Shown: positions 1 through 7,714 of the stretch, one piece after another
Layout of the letters: each line of letters opens with the position of its first letter
Numbering within the stretch: the first letter of the stretch is position 1
Source: Clostridia bacterium
GTDB lineage: Bacteria; Bacillota; Clostridia; Oscillospirales; CAG-272
Direction of reading: 5' to 3'
DNA length: 64,000 nt
Assembly (NCBI GenBank): GCA_017464805.1
Contig: JAFTYE010000008.1
Span: 57,261 to 121,260 of the forward strand
The notes under the pieces: model-generated
Told to the model about the DNA's origin: nothing
The model's input: the letters and a program-made list of their open reading frames with translations, nothing else
Database searches by the model: none
Made by a program: the position numbers and the translations under genes

Positions 1-951
1 GTTTTGAATTTTGCGCTTTCGGCGTCGGTTTGTTATCTGCCGCGCGAAGAGGGCGAGGAGATACGGGTGGCCGTTTTGCAGGGGAATTTTTCCTCTTCCG
101 AAAAGTGGGGGGGCACGACCGAGCTGCTTGACACCTACGCTTCGCTTGCGCGCGAGGCGGCAGCCGAGGGAGCGGAGCTTGTCGTGTGGCCGGAAACGGC
201 GATCCCTTACAGTTTGCGCGGCGACGGATACACGCTTTCCTTCATCAAGCGACTTGCCGAGGAAACGAACGCCACCCATATCGTGGGCGCGTTCTGCTAT
301 GAAACGGATGAGGAAAGCGGCGAGCGTCTGCGGCGTAATTCCCTGTATCTGTTCCGCCCCGACGGCAGTGTGGCGGAAGAAATCTACCACAAGCGGCATC
401 TGGTGCCGTTTGGGGAGTACGTACCAATGGAGAGCGTGATCCGCACACTCCTTCCCTTCCTTGCGGAGCTGGAGATGCTGGACGACGGTAGCTCCCTGTA
501 CGCGGGGGAATCCAGTACCCTGTTTTATGAGGATCTCGGAGTGATCGGCGGGCTTGTCTGCTTTGATTCGATCTATCCCGCGCTTGCGCGCGACAGCGTG
601 CGGGACGGCGCAAATCTGCTTGTGCTGGGTACCAACGACTCCTGGTTCTTTGATTCCGCCGCGGTCTATCAGCACAACGGACAGGCGATTTTGCGCGCGG
701 TGGAGACCGGCCGCGCGATAGCGCGATCGGCCAACACAGGCGTGTCCTCAATCATCTCCTCGCGGGGCGAGGTGCTTGCCGAAATCGAGCCGCTAATCGC
801 GGGGCAGGCGACCGCCACGGTGAATCTTTCCTCGCAAAAGACGCTGTACACTGTCATCGGGGACACGTTTGTTTTGCTTTGTCAGATATTCTTCCTTTTG
901 CCGTTTGTCATCTCACTTATCGAGTGGATAAGGCAAAAGAAACCGAAATAA
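1..951 (+). CDS. lnt: Apolipoprotein N-acyltransferase, 5'-truncated by the window edge
   Basis: Nitrilase-fold motifs LQGN, VVWPETA, YHKRHLVPFGEY, LVCFDS, TNDSWF, RAVETGR..RSANTGVS and a C-terminal TLY..GD TM helix. The ORF is open to the window start. Confidence 0.9.
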   Translation, partial: VLNFALSASVCYLPREEGEEIRVAVLQGNFSSSEKWGGTTELLDTYASLAREAAAEGAELVVWPETAIPYSLRGDGYTLSFIKRLAEETNATHIVGAFCYETDEESGERLRRNSLYLFRPDGSVAEEIYHKRHLVPFGEYVPMESVIRTLLPFLAELEMLDDGSSLYAGESSTLFYEDLGVIGGLVCFDSIYPALARDSVRDGANLLVLGTNDSWFFDSAAVYQHNGQAILRAVETGRAIARSANTGVSSIISSRGEVLAEIEPLIAGQATATVNLSSQKTLYTVIGDTFVLLCQIFFLLPFVISLIEWIRQKKPK

Positions 952-979
952 AAAAAGAGGTACGTGCGTACCTCTTTTT
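952..979. terminator. Bidirectional intrinsic terminator
   Basis: AAAAAGAGGTACG-TG-CGTACCTCTTTTT between convergent stop codons. Confidence 0.85.
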
Positions 980-986
980 ATTGTCC

Positions 987-1457
987 TCAAAGGAAGAAGT
1001 TAAAGATACCGACCACACCGTAGGACGCGAGCGACATAATGATTCCCGCGGCCAGCACACCGAGGAGAATGGACGGCAGGGCGTATTTCATTCGCATGTT
1101 CATCAAAGCGGCAACGAGGGCTCCTGTCCACGCGCCTGTTCCCGGCAGGGGAATCGCCACAAACACGAACAGGCCGAAGGAGGCGTATTTCATCACCTTC
1201 GCAGAGTTCTTTTCTGCCTTTTCCTCCAGCCACAGGGCGATCTTGGCAAAGTGCTTGGTCGTTTTCATCCAGGAAAGGATGTGGCGAATAAAGAGCAGAA
1301 TAAAAGGCACGGGCAAAAAGTTTCCGATGACCGAGACCAGATAGTTCGACCAGAGCGGCAGTCCAAGCACGGCTCCTGCAGGGATGGCACCGCGCAGCTC
1401 CACGACGGGAAGCATGGATATGAAAAACACCCACAGGTGGTCAAGAAATTCTGTCAC
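987..1457 (-). CDS. COG2426 / small multidrug export family membrane protein
   Basis: SMLPVVELRGAIP and FVAIPLPGTGAWTG motifs; GTG start at 1457 with AGGAG RBS. Confidence 0.85.
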   Translation of the reverse strand: MTEFLDHLWVFFISMLPVVELRGAIPAGAVLGLPLWSNYLVSVIGNFLPVPFILLFIRHILSWMKTTKHFAKIALWLEEKAEKNSAKVMKYASFGLFVFVAIPLPGTGAWTGALVAALMNMRMKYALPSILLGVLAAGIIMSLASYGVVGIFNFFL

Positions 1458-1509
1458 AGCAGTTCTCCTTCTGTTTGATACCGTTTTGTCACAAGGCTTT
1501 CTGCGCCAA

Positions 1510-2655
1510 TTATACCACAAATCCCTCTAAAAAAGCAATAGAGCGACGATAAGTTATTTTACGATAATCACGAATCCTTTGACTTTCGGCGATCCGATCA
1601 TGCACGTAGGCATCCACCGAATTCAAAAAAGCGGATTCCTCGCGCCGCATGCACAGATTCAGCTCCGAAAGCTGGGAGAAGGCTTTTTGGGTAATATTGG
1701 TCGATCCGAAGGACACTTCCCCTTCACTTGCCACCAGCTTGGTATGCAGCATTTTAGGGGACAGGTACAGCGCAAGGCGGCCGTTTGTTCTCTTCAACAG
1801 GCGGCGCACGGTCTTGCGGTTGAGGTCGTTTTGGAAGTTGGCGTCCTTTGGAATGACCACGGTCACGCGTACACCGCGCGCGCAGGCGCGCTCGATCTGG
1901 CGCATAAAACGAGGCAGCGGCGAAAAATAGGCCATGACGATACAAAGCTCCCGCTTTGCCGAACGGATCAGATTCAGGTAGTATTCTTCCATTTCGAAGA
2001 GGGTCTTTTTCCCCCTCTGCTCCTTTACGTTGACACCAAAGGAATAAGGGCCGTCTGTTTCCTCTCCCTCGCGGAGCTTTTTGTAAAAGGCGGAAACATG
2101 CTCCTCTCCCTCAATCCGTACCATCAGGTCGGAGTAAACGCGGCCCTGCATGTCCTTCCCGTTTTCCTTGTCCTCGATATTGATGCCACCCAGGATGAGG
2201 ATACGGTCGTCGATGACGTAGAATTTGGAATGGTCGGCCTTGAATACGTCGGCCGACACGGTGATATTCGGATGGTGCATGATCTGCTCGTAGAGGGGCG
2301 TGACCTCATCACGCGCGCGGCGGGGTGTACCCGACATGGGGTAGATGCGCGAAAGACCCCAGATTTTGAATCGTTCCGCGATGCTTTGGATTTTGTGAAA
2401 GAAGGATCTTTTGCACTCCTCTGCCTTTTCCAGCACCACGCCGTAGCGGTCGATCGAGAGGTAGACGCGCACGCCGCGCTCGGCGGCGGCCAGCACCGCC
2501 TGGGCTACGAGGCGGCCGATCTCATCATCCCGCCAGATGAACATATTGATATGCAGGGAGCTTTTTGCGTTCCCGATCTCCCGCATAATGACGGGAAAGG
2601 CATTTTTTCCGTCAGCAAGGAGCGTAAAGTCGGCGTAAGGCTCGCGCACGCTCAT
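1510..2655 (-). CDS. Phospholipase D family protein (cardiolipin synthase-like, no N-terminal TM)
   Basis: Two HKD-type motifs, HSKFYVID..GGINI and HTKLVASE..GSTN; ATGA overlap with the upstream gene. Confidence 0.85.
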   Translation of the reverse strand: MSVREPYADFTLLADGKNAFPVIMREIGNAKSSLHINMFIWRDDEIGRLVAQAVLAAAERGVRVYLSIDRYGVVLEKAEECKRSFFHKIQSIAERFKIWGLSRIYPMSGTPRRARDEVTPLYEQIMHHPNITVSADVFKADHSKFYVIDDRILILGGINIEDKENGKDMQGRVYSDLMVRIEGEEHVSAFYKKLREGEETDGPYSFGVNVKEQRGKKTLFEMEEYYLNLIRSAKRELCIVMAYFSPLPRFMRQIERACARGVRVTVVIPKDANFQNDLNRKTVRRLLKRTNGRLALYLSPKMLHTKLVASEGEVSFGSTNITQKAFSQLSELNLCMRREESAFLNSVDAYVHDRIAESQRIRDYRKITYRRSIAFLEGFVV

Positions 2656-3092
2656 TCCCCTCTCCATTCCATTTCGCGGTGGGGGATGCCCGCCTCGGTA
2701 AATTCCTCCGAGGTGACGGCGAAGCCGAGCTTTTCATAAAAGCCGACCACATAACTTTGGGAATGCAGGGCAAGGCACTTATGCGGCAGGCATTCGCGGA
2801 TGGCGAGCATGCTTTTTTCCATCAACAGGCGGCCGTGACCGAGGCCGTGGGTGGTGGTCAGCACGCGACCGATCTTGACGGTGGTGCGCTCCTTATCGTC
2901 GTAGAAGGCGCGCAGATAGGCAATGACCGCACCGTCCTTCCACAAAAAGCAGTGCAGGCATTTCTGATCGATATTATCGGCATCAAGGTAGTAGACCCGC
3001 TGCTCCATGGTAAACACCTGTGCGCGTGCGCGCCAGATCTGATAGAGTTCGTCTACGGTCAGCTCGTGGAACAATTTTGCCTCAAATTTCAA
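2652..3092 (-). CDS. ElaA-like GNAT N-acetyltransferase
   Basis: ELY.I...R..VF..EQ, KIGRV, G.GHGR.LM, FYEKLGF, EAGIPH motifs; TTG start with GGAG RBS. Confidence 0.85.
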   Translation of the reverse strand: MKFEAKLFHELTVDELYQIWRARAQVFTMEQRVYYLDADNIDQKCLHCFLWKDGAVIAYLRAFYDDKERTTVKIGRVLTTTHGLGHGRLLMEKSMLAIRECLPHKCLALHSQSYVVGFYEKLGFAVTSEEFTEAGIPHREMEWRGE

Positions 3093-3104
3093 ATTCTTTT
3101 CTCC

Positions 3105-3992
3105 TTATACGTTTCGCTTGAAGTTGCCGAACACCTCGTTGACCTTGGCGAAGCTGGCGAAGGTGTCGGGGTATTGCTTGATGATCCGCATCATTTCGCC
3201 GATCTGACGCTTGTTGATGATACAGACGAGCATGTATTTGTCGGTATCCGAGTACATACCGTGCACGCGGATCTCGGTCACGCCGTGGCGCAGGCGGTTC
3301 ATCAGTGCCTCCGAAACCTCGCTCGGATAGGCGGTGACGATCTCAAACTTGTAGCCGTTTTTGATGCCGCTTAAACCGTGATCGACGATCACATTCGCCA
3401 CGAACAGGTTGAGAAGCGTACAGATCACGGGGGTAACACGCATGCCGTAGACGAAGAAGGCGATCGCCACCACCGAGGCATCCATGATGAAGGAAACGTA
3501 GGCGATGTTCAGCTCGGGGCGTGCCTTTTTGAGCAGAGCGCTGATGCCATAGGTACCGCCGCTGGCACCGAAGCGCTTCAGCATCACGGAAAAGCCGAAG
3601 CCCGAGATCACGCCCGTGGCGATACAAGCGAAAACAATGTTAAAATCCTCTGCATTATTGGCCATGCAGTAGGCCTTTGCACCGAGGAGTGTCCACGCCT
3701 GCGGCATAAAGGACTGTACGAGCATATAGACGCTGAGCATTAAACCAAGCTTTTTGTCTACGATGGCACTGACCAGCACGAAAATGGGCAGATTGAAGGC
3801 GACCATGAGGATCGACCAGCCGACCTTATCCGCAAGCAGATGATGCGTGATAGTGGCAAGGCCGCCGACCCCGCCGGGGGCGAAGCCGTTGCTGTTCTGA
3901 AAGAAGAAATACGCCGTGCCGACTACCACGCCCGCCACGATGGCACATAGGATATCCATGAAAAGAGTTTTTGCCGAAAAGGGCGTTTTCAT
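3105..3992 (-). CDS. YitT family membrane protein (DUF2179 C-terminus)
   Basis: FAPGGVGGLA, G.SGGT, HGVT....GMYS, DTFASF..V.EVFGNF. Confidence 0.85.
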   Translation of the reverse strand: MKTPFSAKTLFMDILCAIVAGVVVGTAYFFFQNSNGFAPGGVGGLATITHHLLADKVGWSILMVAFNLPIFVLVSAIVDKKLGLMLSVYMLVQSFMPQAWTLLGAKAYCMANNAEDFNIVFACIATGVISGFGFSVMLKRFGASGGTYGISALLKKARPELNIAYVSFIMDASVVAIAFFVYGMRVTPVICTLLNLFVANVIVDHGLSGIKNGYKFEIVTAYPSEVSEALMNRLRHGVTEIRVHGMYSDTDKYMLVCIINKRQIGEMMRIIKQYPDTFASFAKVNEVFGNFKRNV

Positions 3993-4022
3993 GTTTGTTT
4001 TCCTCATTAAAATGGTTGTTTT

Positions 4023-4730
4023 TTAGGGAACAAGCAACGCCTCGCGGTTGGTCGCATAAAGGATATCGTCCTTGCCGCTCATCATTTTGAGAAATTCCTC
4101 GAAACGGCCCCAGGTATCGTGAATATCAAACTCATAGGAGTGACCCCAGACGTAAAAGACCTTTCGCTCCTCGGTGGAAAGCGACAAAAATTCCTCGCCC
4201 AGCGAAAAGAGCTTATCCCATTCTCCGTTATGGTAGACGGAGGGCTTGAATTCGTACAGGTTTTCCTGCGGGTCGAAGCTATGCGAGGAGATGATGGTGC
4301 GGCAGTAACGGATGCCCGTTTTTTCGCGGATGAGGCTCGACACGCGGCCGTCGTAATTTTCACCGCCGCAGGGATAGGCAAAGCCGACCACCTCGTAGCC
4401 GCAAAGTTCGGAAAGCTTCTTTCGATCCTGTTCCACCTGACGGATGACCTCTTCATCGGGCAGGGTGGGCAGGCGCGGATGCGTGAGGGTATGCGCCGCG
4501 ACCTCGTGACCCGCGTAGACGGAACGAACATCCCCGGGCTCGATCTTGTCGTGTGCGATTTGCTTGCCGTCGATTGTCAGCGAGTGCGGCTTGCCGAGCA
4601 GCTCCGAGTTGAGGTTAAAGGTAGCCTTCATGCCGTAACGGTCGAAAAGCTCAATCAGACGCTTGTCCTGTAACACGCCGTCATCGTAGCTGAAGGTGAG
4701 AATTTTATTCGGTTTTTTGGTGTCGTTCAT
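4023..4730 (-). CDS. Polysaccharide deacetylase (NodB/CE4)
   Basis: TFSYDDG, HEVAAHTLTHP, FAYPCG, VWGHSYE. Confidence 0.9.
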   Translation of the reverse strand: MNDTKKPNKILTFSYDDGVLQDKRLIELFDRYGMKATFNLNSELLGKPHSLTIDGKQIAHDKIEPGDVRSVYAGHEVAAHTLTHPRLPTLPDEEVIRQVEQDRKKLSELCGYEVVGFAYPCGGENYDGRVSSLIREKTGIRYCRTIISSHSFDPQENLYEFKPSVYHNGEWDKLFSLGEEFLSLSTEERKVFYVWGHSYEFDIHDTWGRFEEFLKMMSGKDDILYATNREALLVP

Positions 4731-4745
4731 CCTGCTTCTCCTTTA

Positions 4746-5513
4746 TCACAGCATTTCCATTGCGGAGCGCTTCGTGTCCTCTTCAACAAGTGCCTCGACG
4801 GTGTTCTTCTCCACCCTCTCCAGCTTTCGGAACTCGGCATAATAGCGCAGGCCGAATTCCATCAGCGAGGCGTGGTTGAAGTGCAGGTTGTCGGGGTTGG
4901 GGGTCAGCCCCTCGGCCGAGGCAAAGCCGACGCGGTCGTGGCTCTCGGCGTAGCGGATCAGCTCCGCATTGATGCGGGAATACCACTCTCCGAGGTCGGG
5001 GGCGGGGTATTTCACCAGATAATCGCCGAGGCCGCCGACAACGAGCGGCACATCCTCTGCGCCCAGCTCGCGGCGCAGAGCCTTCATGATCGCCGTAATC
5101 TTATCGAAATAGGCAGCACAACAAGCCTCGTTGCAGTCCCCTTCTCCCTGATGCCAAAGGATCGCCACAAGCCGTGAGATTCGCATGGCAAGACGCGTAC
5201 AGGTGACGGCGTTGTCGAAAAGCAACCCACCCTCTTCCCATTGTGAGAGCGATGTGCCGCCGTCCGCGCAGGGGATGACACCGACCGTCACGTCGGGGTG
5301 GTCGAGGTAGTAAGCCTTTGCAAAGCTCTCGGCAAGACAGGTACCCGAAAAGGCTCTGTCCGGATTGACAGGACGGAACATGACCTGCCAGCGGCCATTA
5401 CGCAGAGCGTACAGCTTTTCACCGCAGGTGTCCAACGGTTCCGCATCCGCGATAAAGCCGCGACCTGCCATGTTGGATTGTCCGATGATCAAAATAGAGT
5501 GTGTCATCATCAT
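4746..5513 (-). CDS. Sialate O-acetylesterase (SASA/DUF303) carbohydrate esterase
   Basis: GQSNMAGRG, CADGGT, LWHQGEGD, DNLHF. Confidence 0.9.
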   Translation of the reverse strand: MMMTHSILIIGQSNMAGRGFIADAEPLDTCGEKLYALRNGRWQVMFRPVNPDRAFSGTCLAESFAKAYYLDHPDVTVGVIPCADGGTSLSQWEEGGLLFDNAVTCTRLAMRISRLVAILWHQGEGDCNEACCAAYFDKITAIMKALRRELGAEDVPLVVGGLGDYLVKYPAPDLGEWYSRINAELIRYAESHDRVGFASAEGLTPNPDNLHFNHASLMEFGLRYYAEFRKLERVEKNTVEALVEEDTKRSAMEML

Positions 5514-5681
5514 TCTCCTTTTTCTTCACAAAGCCGCTTTGCGGCGTATACATAAAACAGCACGGTATCCTTTTTCTTTGATATGTTGGCCATTGCTGCT
5601 GTGAAACGAACTTTTGAGTTTTGCTCGAAAGTAATATTGTCCCTGCGCAAAATCGAAGCATTTTTTGATTTCGAACGCTCC

Positions 5682-5817
5682 GTAGGGGGCGACGTCCTCA
5701 ACGCCCCGTTGCAGAATGCACAAATCGGTTACACGGCTGTTTTCGCTCGTGCAAAATTTCTTTTTTTACAGGCAAAAATTCTCTTGTTCTCGGGGCGCCG
5801 AGGACGTCGCCCCCTAC
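5682..5817. repeat. GTAG-type REP doublet (REPIN-like inverted pair)
   Basis: GTAGGGGGCGACGTCCTCAACGCCCCG (5682-5708) and its inverted copy at 5791-5817, 25/27 identical, 82-bp spacer. Each copy is an imperfect hairpin preceded by GTAG. Confidence 0.85.
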
Positions 5818-5886
5818 AAGATTAGATTTCTTTTGTCAGACAAACCACACTCTCGACGTGGGTCATAAGGTCAAAAGGTCTCACTT

Positions 5887-6168
5887 TCAAAAAAACCCTT
5901 CGCTCCAATCATCCCAATTTGGATTTTTTGATTCCACAAGCCAATTCTTTTTGGAGCGTACCCAACGCTTTAACTGTTTTTCCCGCGCTATTGCATCGTT
6001 AACCTCGGAATATTCCTCAAAGTAGACGAGCTTGTGAACGTGATACTTTTTTGTAAAGCCTTCTATTTGCTCATTTTTGTGTTCGTATAATCGTCTGCGC
6101 AAATCGTTCGTTACGCCGATATACATTACCGTATCGGTTTTGTTGGTAAGTATGTAAACGTAATACAT
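5887..6168 (-). CDS. Standalone GIY-YIG nuclease (93 aa)
   Basis: YVYILT..MYIGVTNDL.RR..EHK, FTKKY.V.KLVYFE, AIAREKQLK.W.R.KK..L.E..NP.W.D; ATG at 6168 with AGGAG RBS. Confidence 0.92.
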   Translation of the reverse strand: MYYVYILTNKTDTVMYIGVTNDLRRRLYEHKNEQIEGFTKKYHVHKLVYFEEYSEVNDAIAREKQLKRWVRSKKNWLVESKNPNWDDWSEGFF

Positions 6169-6180
6169 TAATCTCCTTTT

Positions 6181-6483
6181 CGCCCGAGATCCTGCTTTCG
6201 CGTTGCTCGGCACTTTTTCGTCCGTGTCATCCTGAGCGTAGTCGAAATCCGAGCATCGCGAGGATCAAACGGTGCGTAGCATCGTTTGGGATCTCGGACG
6301 AAAAAGATAGATTCCTACCGCCCGAGATCCTGCTCGGTTACACCTCGCACTGCTTCGCAGTTCGACTCGCTTCGCTCGCTCAGGATGACACACGGGCGAG
6401 GCTGTGTTTAGTGTCATCCTGAGCGGAGGGCGTAGCCCGTAGCCGAACCCGTAGGGCGATGCGAAGCATCGGGATCTACCTCG
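6181..6483. repeat. Cluster of branched palindromic repeats (CGTC/TGTC-type REP-like): three full units and one partial unit
   Basis: GTGTCATCCTGAGCG at 6224-6238 (+), 6377-6391 (-) and 6411-6425 (+), each unit closing with GGATCT; direct repeat CGCCCGAGATCCTGCT at 6181-6196 and 6319-6334. Confidence 0.85.
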
Positions 6484-6723
6484 TTAATGGAATGAAACCT
6501 CGACTATATCCTCCAATTCTTGCAGGGATTTTCCGTCAAAGAATTTGTCATGGATAAGCTCGTCAACATTGGTATATTTTTTGCTTTTATTCCCACACCA
6601 ACTTTCAAAAGATGGTATGGAATTGTGGACTTCTACTTCCACGCCACACGGTAGGCCGTTAAAAGTAAAATGTATATCCCAAAATTCGACGAGCAAAGCT
6701 TCTCTTAAATCTATACTGCTCAT
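6484..6723 (-). CDS. Hypothetical low-GC protein (79 aa)
   Basis: AT-rich ORF immediately downstream of the 289-aa gene; C-terminal Y..VDEL....FFDGKSL.EL. Confidence 0.7.
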   Translation of the reverse strand: MSSIDLREALLVEFWDIHFTFNGLPCGVEVEVHNSIPSFESWCGNKSKKYTNVDELIHDKFFDGKSLQELEDIVEVSFH

Positions 6724-6736
6724 AACAGAGGTACCT

Positions 6737-7606
6737 TTAAAACTCTATTTCGAAAAGCAAACTGTCGTTAAGCTCTTTTGTAGCTTGTTTTTCCATTGAA
6801 ACTTTCCCGCCTATGCCCAAAACATCATCAACGGCACAGGCAATCGACCGCGACATAGATGCACAAGAAGAGCCGTTCAACTCTAAAACCGTGGATTTAA
6901 TTGCTTTATTGCAACGCATTTCTATCAAATTTTTTACATTTTCGTCATAAGCAAACCACTTTAACTGAGGAGCCTTAGGCTCATCATGTCCCTCAAAATA
7001 CGAAATCCTTTTTCCACTTTTCTTGTTGGCGACAGACTTTTGGGATCCCGTTTCCGTAGATTTCATCACTTGCATCTTATTGGAATCGGTTTGCTTTTCT
7101 GCCTGAAATATTTCTACAGAACAACTTTTTGCCCCCAAACAATATGCGATATTATTTAATTCAGCTAATTTTTCTTCGGTTGCTTTCCCAAAAACTTGAT
7201 TTGAATTGATGTATTTTTTAGAATTGAAATTATCCTGACAATATACGTTGTCCCTTTGCGGCACAGGTATAAAAACAAGTCCGCATTTTTCTACAAACGA
7301 GGAATAAATGTGAAAAGCAGGAACTTCCTTATGTAGCTCTATCCAACCCATAGCCTCAGCATCCTCAATGAATTCGCGGTTAGCTGAGTCATCTTCTATT
7401 TTTATGATGCTTGGAATTTTGAAATCCTCCTTTTCAAAATCCGACAAGGTAACAACCGTATATTTCTTCGCCTTCTTTTCGTGAATATTCTCTTTCGTTT
7501 GATCTACAATCTTTTTCGTTTCCTCGGCAGCTTTCTTTCCAAAATCCCCCATCTTTTTCCATACGTTTGAAAAAGATTGCTTCGTTTTTTCTTGATTTTT
7601 ATCCAT
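6737..7606 (-). CDS. Hypothetical low-GC protein (289 aa)
   Basis: Long AT-rich ORF; ATG at 7606 with AAGGAG RBS; Lys-rich amphipathic N-terminus. Confidence 0.8.
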   Translation of the reverse strand: MDKNQEKTKQSFSNVWKKMGDFGKKAAEETKKIVDQTKENIHEKKAKKYTVVTLSDFEKEDFKIPSIIKIEDDSANREFIEDAEAMGWIELHKEVPAFHIYSSFVEKCGLVFIPVPQRDNVYCQDNFNSKKYINSNQVFGKATEEKLAELNNIAYCLGAKSCSVEIFQAEKQTDSNKMQVMKSTETGSQKSVANKKSGKRISYFEGHDEPKAPQLKWFAYDENVKNLIEMRCNKAIKSTVLELNGSSCASMSRSIACAVDDVLGIGGKVSMEKQATKELNDSLLFEIEF

Positions 7607-7714
7607 ATGAGGTCTCCTTACATAAAAGTGTGTTTCATAAAGACATTTGTTTTTTCGCGAATTTATGGACACTTTTTTAAAACTCTAAAAAGCTCGGTTT
7701 TTGCCTATTTCGCC

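Noticed and set aside
5419-5825. Short ORFs overlapping the REP doublet
   Set aside because: No RBS or motifs; they overlap each other in several frames across repeat DNA.
5615-5846. Possible MITE/IS1182-like terminal repeats around the REP doublet (TTTGTCAGACAAAC vs GTTTTGCTCGAAAG)
   Set aside because: Similarity between the two ends is too weak and no target duplication is visible.
6181-6483. Possible CRISPR array or integron attC cassettes
   Set aside because: Units alternate in orientation, have variable folded interiors and no regular spacers; there are no cas or integrase genes and no RYYYAAC/GTTRRRY ends.
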